Below, piece after piece: positions 62,793 to 64,000 of a stretch of DNA of 64,000 nucleotides. A program made the position numbers and the translations under genes. A model generated the notes under the pieces. That model saw nothing but the letters and a program-made list of their open reading frames with translations. It ran no database searches and had not been told where the DNA came from. This DNA is from an uncultured delta proteobacterium (GTDB lineage Bacteria > Desulfobacterota > BSN033 > UBA1163), in the NCBI GenBank assembly GCA_963708295.1, contig CAVPSJ010000011.1, positions 96,001 through 160,000 on the forward strand. Direction: 5' to 3'. The first letter of the stretch is position 1; every line of letters starts with the position of its first letter.

Positions 62793-62970
62793 TATGTAAT
62801 ATTAGGATGTTATTAAATGATTGTGAAATGGTTTATTAGATTTGGGAGGATACTTATTAGAATTTTATAAAATACTGAAATATTTTCCTTGACTTTTTTG
62901 AAAATTTGTTAATAATTTTGTTAATAATTTATCTCGGTCCATTTCATTGAAAAATGAGGGGGAAAAATAA

Positions 62971-64000
62971 ATGTGGGGCAAAAAGAAAGACGTCATTGGC
63001 CTTGATATTGGATGCAGTTCAATCAAGCTGGTGGAGCTAAAAGAGGATCGGAGTGGGTACAAGCTACAGAATTTGGCGATTTCGCCTCTGCCGCCAGAAG
63101 CGATCGTTGACGGAGCCCTAATGGATTCGGTTACGATTATCGATACCATACGGGATGCGATCGCCGCTTCCAAAACAAAGACAAAAGATGCTGTGACTTC
63201 AGTTTCCGGGCATTCCGTCATCGTTAAGAAAATTTCCCTGCCTTTTATGACAGAAGCCGAGTTGGAAGAATCTATCCAGTGGGAAGCGGAGAGATATATT
63301 CCATTTGATGTCAATGATGTCAACATTGATTTCCAAATATTCGGGGCGGCACCGGAAAATCCGGAAGCCATGGATGTCGTTTTAGTGGCGGCGAAGAAGG
63401 ACATTATCAATGACTACATCTCCGTCCTCATGGAATCCGGATTAAACCCCGTCATTATCGATACGGACTCTTTCGCTTTGGAAAATATGTTAGCGCTTAG
63501 CTATGATATAGGAAAAGAAGAAACCGTTGCAATCGCTAATGTTGGAGCAAGTGTCACCAATATTAATATCATTAAGAACAATATCTCAGCCTTTACCAGG
63601 GATGTTTTCAAAGGGGGGAATCAAATCACAGAAGAAATTCAGAGGCAACTCCATGTCGACCACGACGAGGCTGAAAAGATCAAAGTGGGCGCCAAGGCCG
63701 ACCTCAGCTCGCAGCCGGTTGTCCAAAACGTATTGAAAACAGCCTCTGAATCATTAGCCGTGGAGATAGGGAACTCCTTGGATTTCTTCCAATCCACCAA
63801 CGCTTCCGAGAAAATCGCCAGATTATACTTGAGCGGTGGAGGGTCCAAAATCAAGGGTTTTGATATCATTCTGCAACAACAGGTCGCAATACCGGTGGAA
63901 GTCGTTAATCCATTCAAGAAAATAGACTATCGGGGTAAAGATTTTGATCTTGAGTATTTAAGAGAAATTGGGCCGATCATGGGAGTGGCAGTAGGTCTTG
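62971..64000 (+). CDS. pilM: Type IV pilus assembly protein PilM (runs off the window; not in the ORF track)
   Basis: My translation from ATG 62971: MWGKKKDVIGLDIGCSSIKLVEL...PEAIVDG...SGHSVIVKKI...WEAERYIPF; actin-like PilM motifs. Confidence 0.95.
   Translation, partial: MWGKKKDVIGLDIGCSSIKLVELKEDRSGYKLQNLAISPLPPEAIVDGALMDSVTIIDTIRDAIAASKTKTKDAVTSVSGHSVIVKKISLPFMTEAELEESIQWEAERYIPFDVNDVNIDFQIFGAAPENPEAMDVVLVAAKKDIINDYISVLMESGLNPVIIDTDSFALENMLALSYDIGKEETVAIANVGASVTNINIIKNNISAFTRDVFKGGNQITEEIQRQLHVDHDEAEKIKVGAKADLSSQPVVQNVLKTASESLAVEIGNSLDFFQSTNASEKIARLYLSGGGSKIKGFDIILQQQVAIPVEVVNPFKKIDYRGKDFDLEYLREIGPIMGVAVGL

Noticed and set aside
159-63917. Many short antisense or overlapping ORFs in the six-frame track (e.g. 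3437..3964, 7402..7851, 62865..63410)
   Set aside because: They are shadows of well-supported genes in another frame or strand, with no recognisable motifs

Overview
Nearly the whole window is one type IVa pilus (T4aP) supercluster, most likely from a deltaproteobacterium (Desulfobacterota-like; inferred from gene content and order). Order: 3' end of mutL; pilB-pilT-pilC-pilS-pilR (minus strand); an OmpR-type two-component pair; housekeeping genes (nitrilase-family hydrolase, lepB, ribF, tRNA-Leu(CAG), PBP1A); a ~26 kb surface-glycosylation island containing three tandem pilin genes; pilD and a second sensor/sigma54-activator pair; two minor-pilin sets (one with pilY1); a compact SgmX-like TPR gene divergent from an operon of REC-DUF4388 regulator, mglB, mglA, a repeat-rich CheW-like protein, PAS kinase and NtrC-type regulator; and the start of pilM. 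The island has five GT-C-fold membrane glycosyltransferase genes (including a TMTC-like TPR protein), two DPM1/ArnC-like GT2s, four GT4s, a Wzx flippase, two AsnB amidotransferases and three methyltransferases. Many genes between ~12 and ~49 kb have single-base frameshifts that look like consensus errors, so their ends are approximate. Most interesting observations: (1) a GxxExxY (PD-(D/E)XK-type) gene exactly bracketed by 23-bp inverted repeats built from 8-nt units, followed by empty copies of the same repeat pair (a REPIN/MITE-like cassette); (2) a possible GT-C-based pilin glycosylation system; (3) a mini-SgmX/MglAB/PATAN-type polarity module inside the pilus locus; (4) five sigma54 boxes linking these parts; (5) two alternative pilus tip sets under different promoter types. 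All family assignments come from motif recognition by eye; no searches were run.
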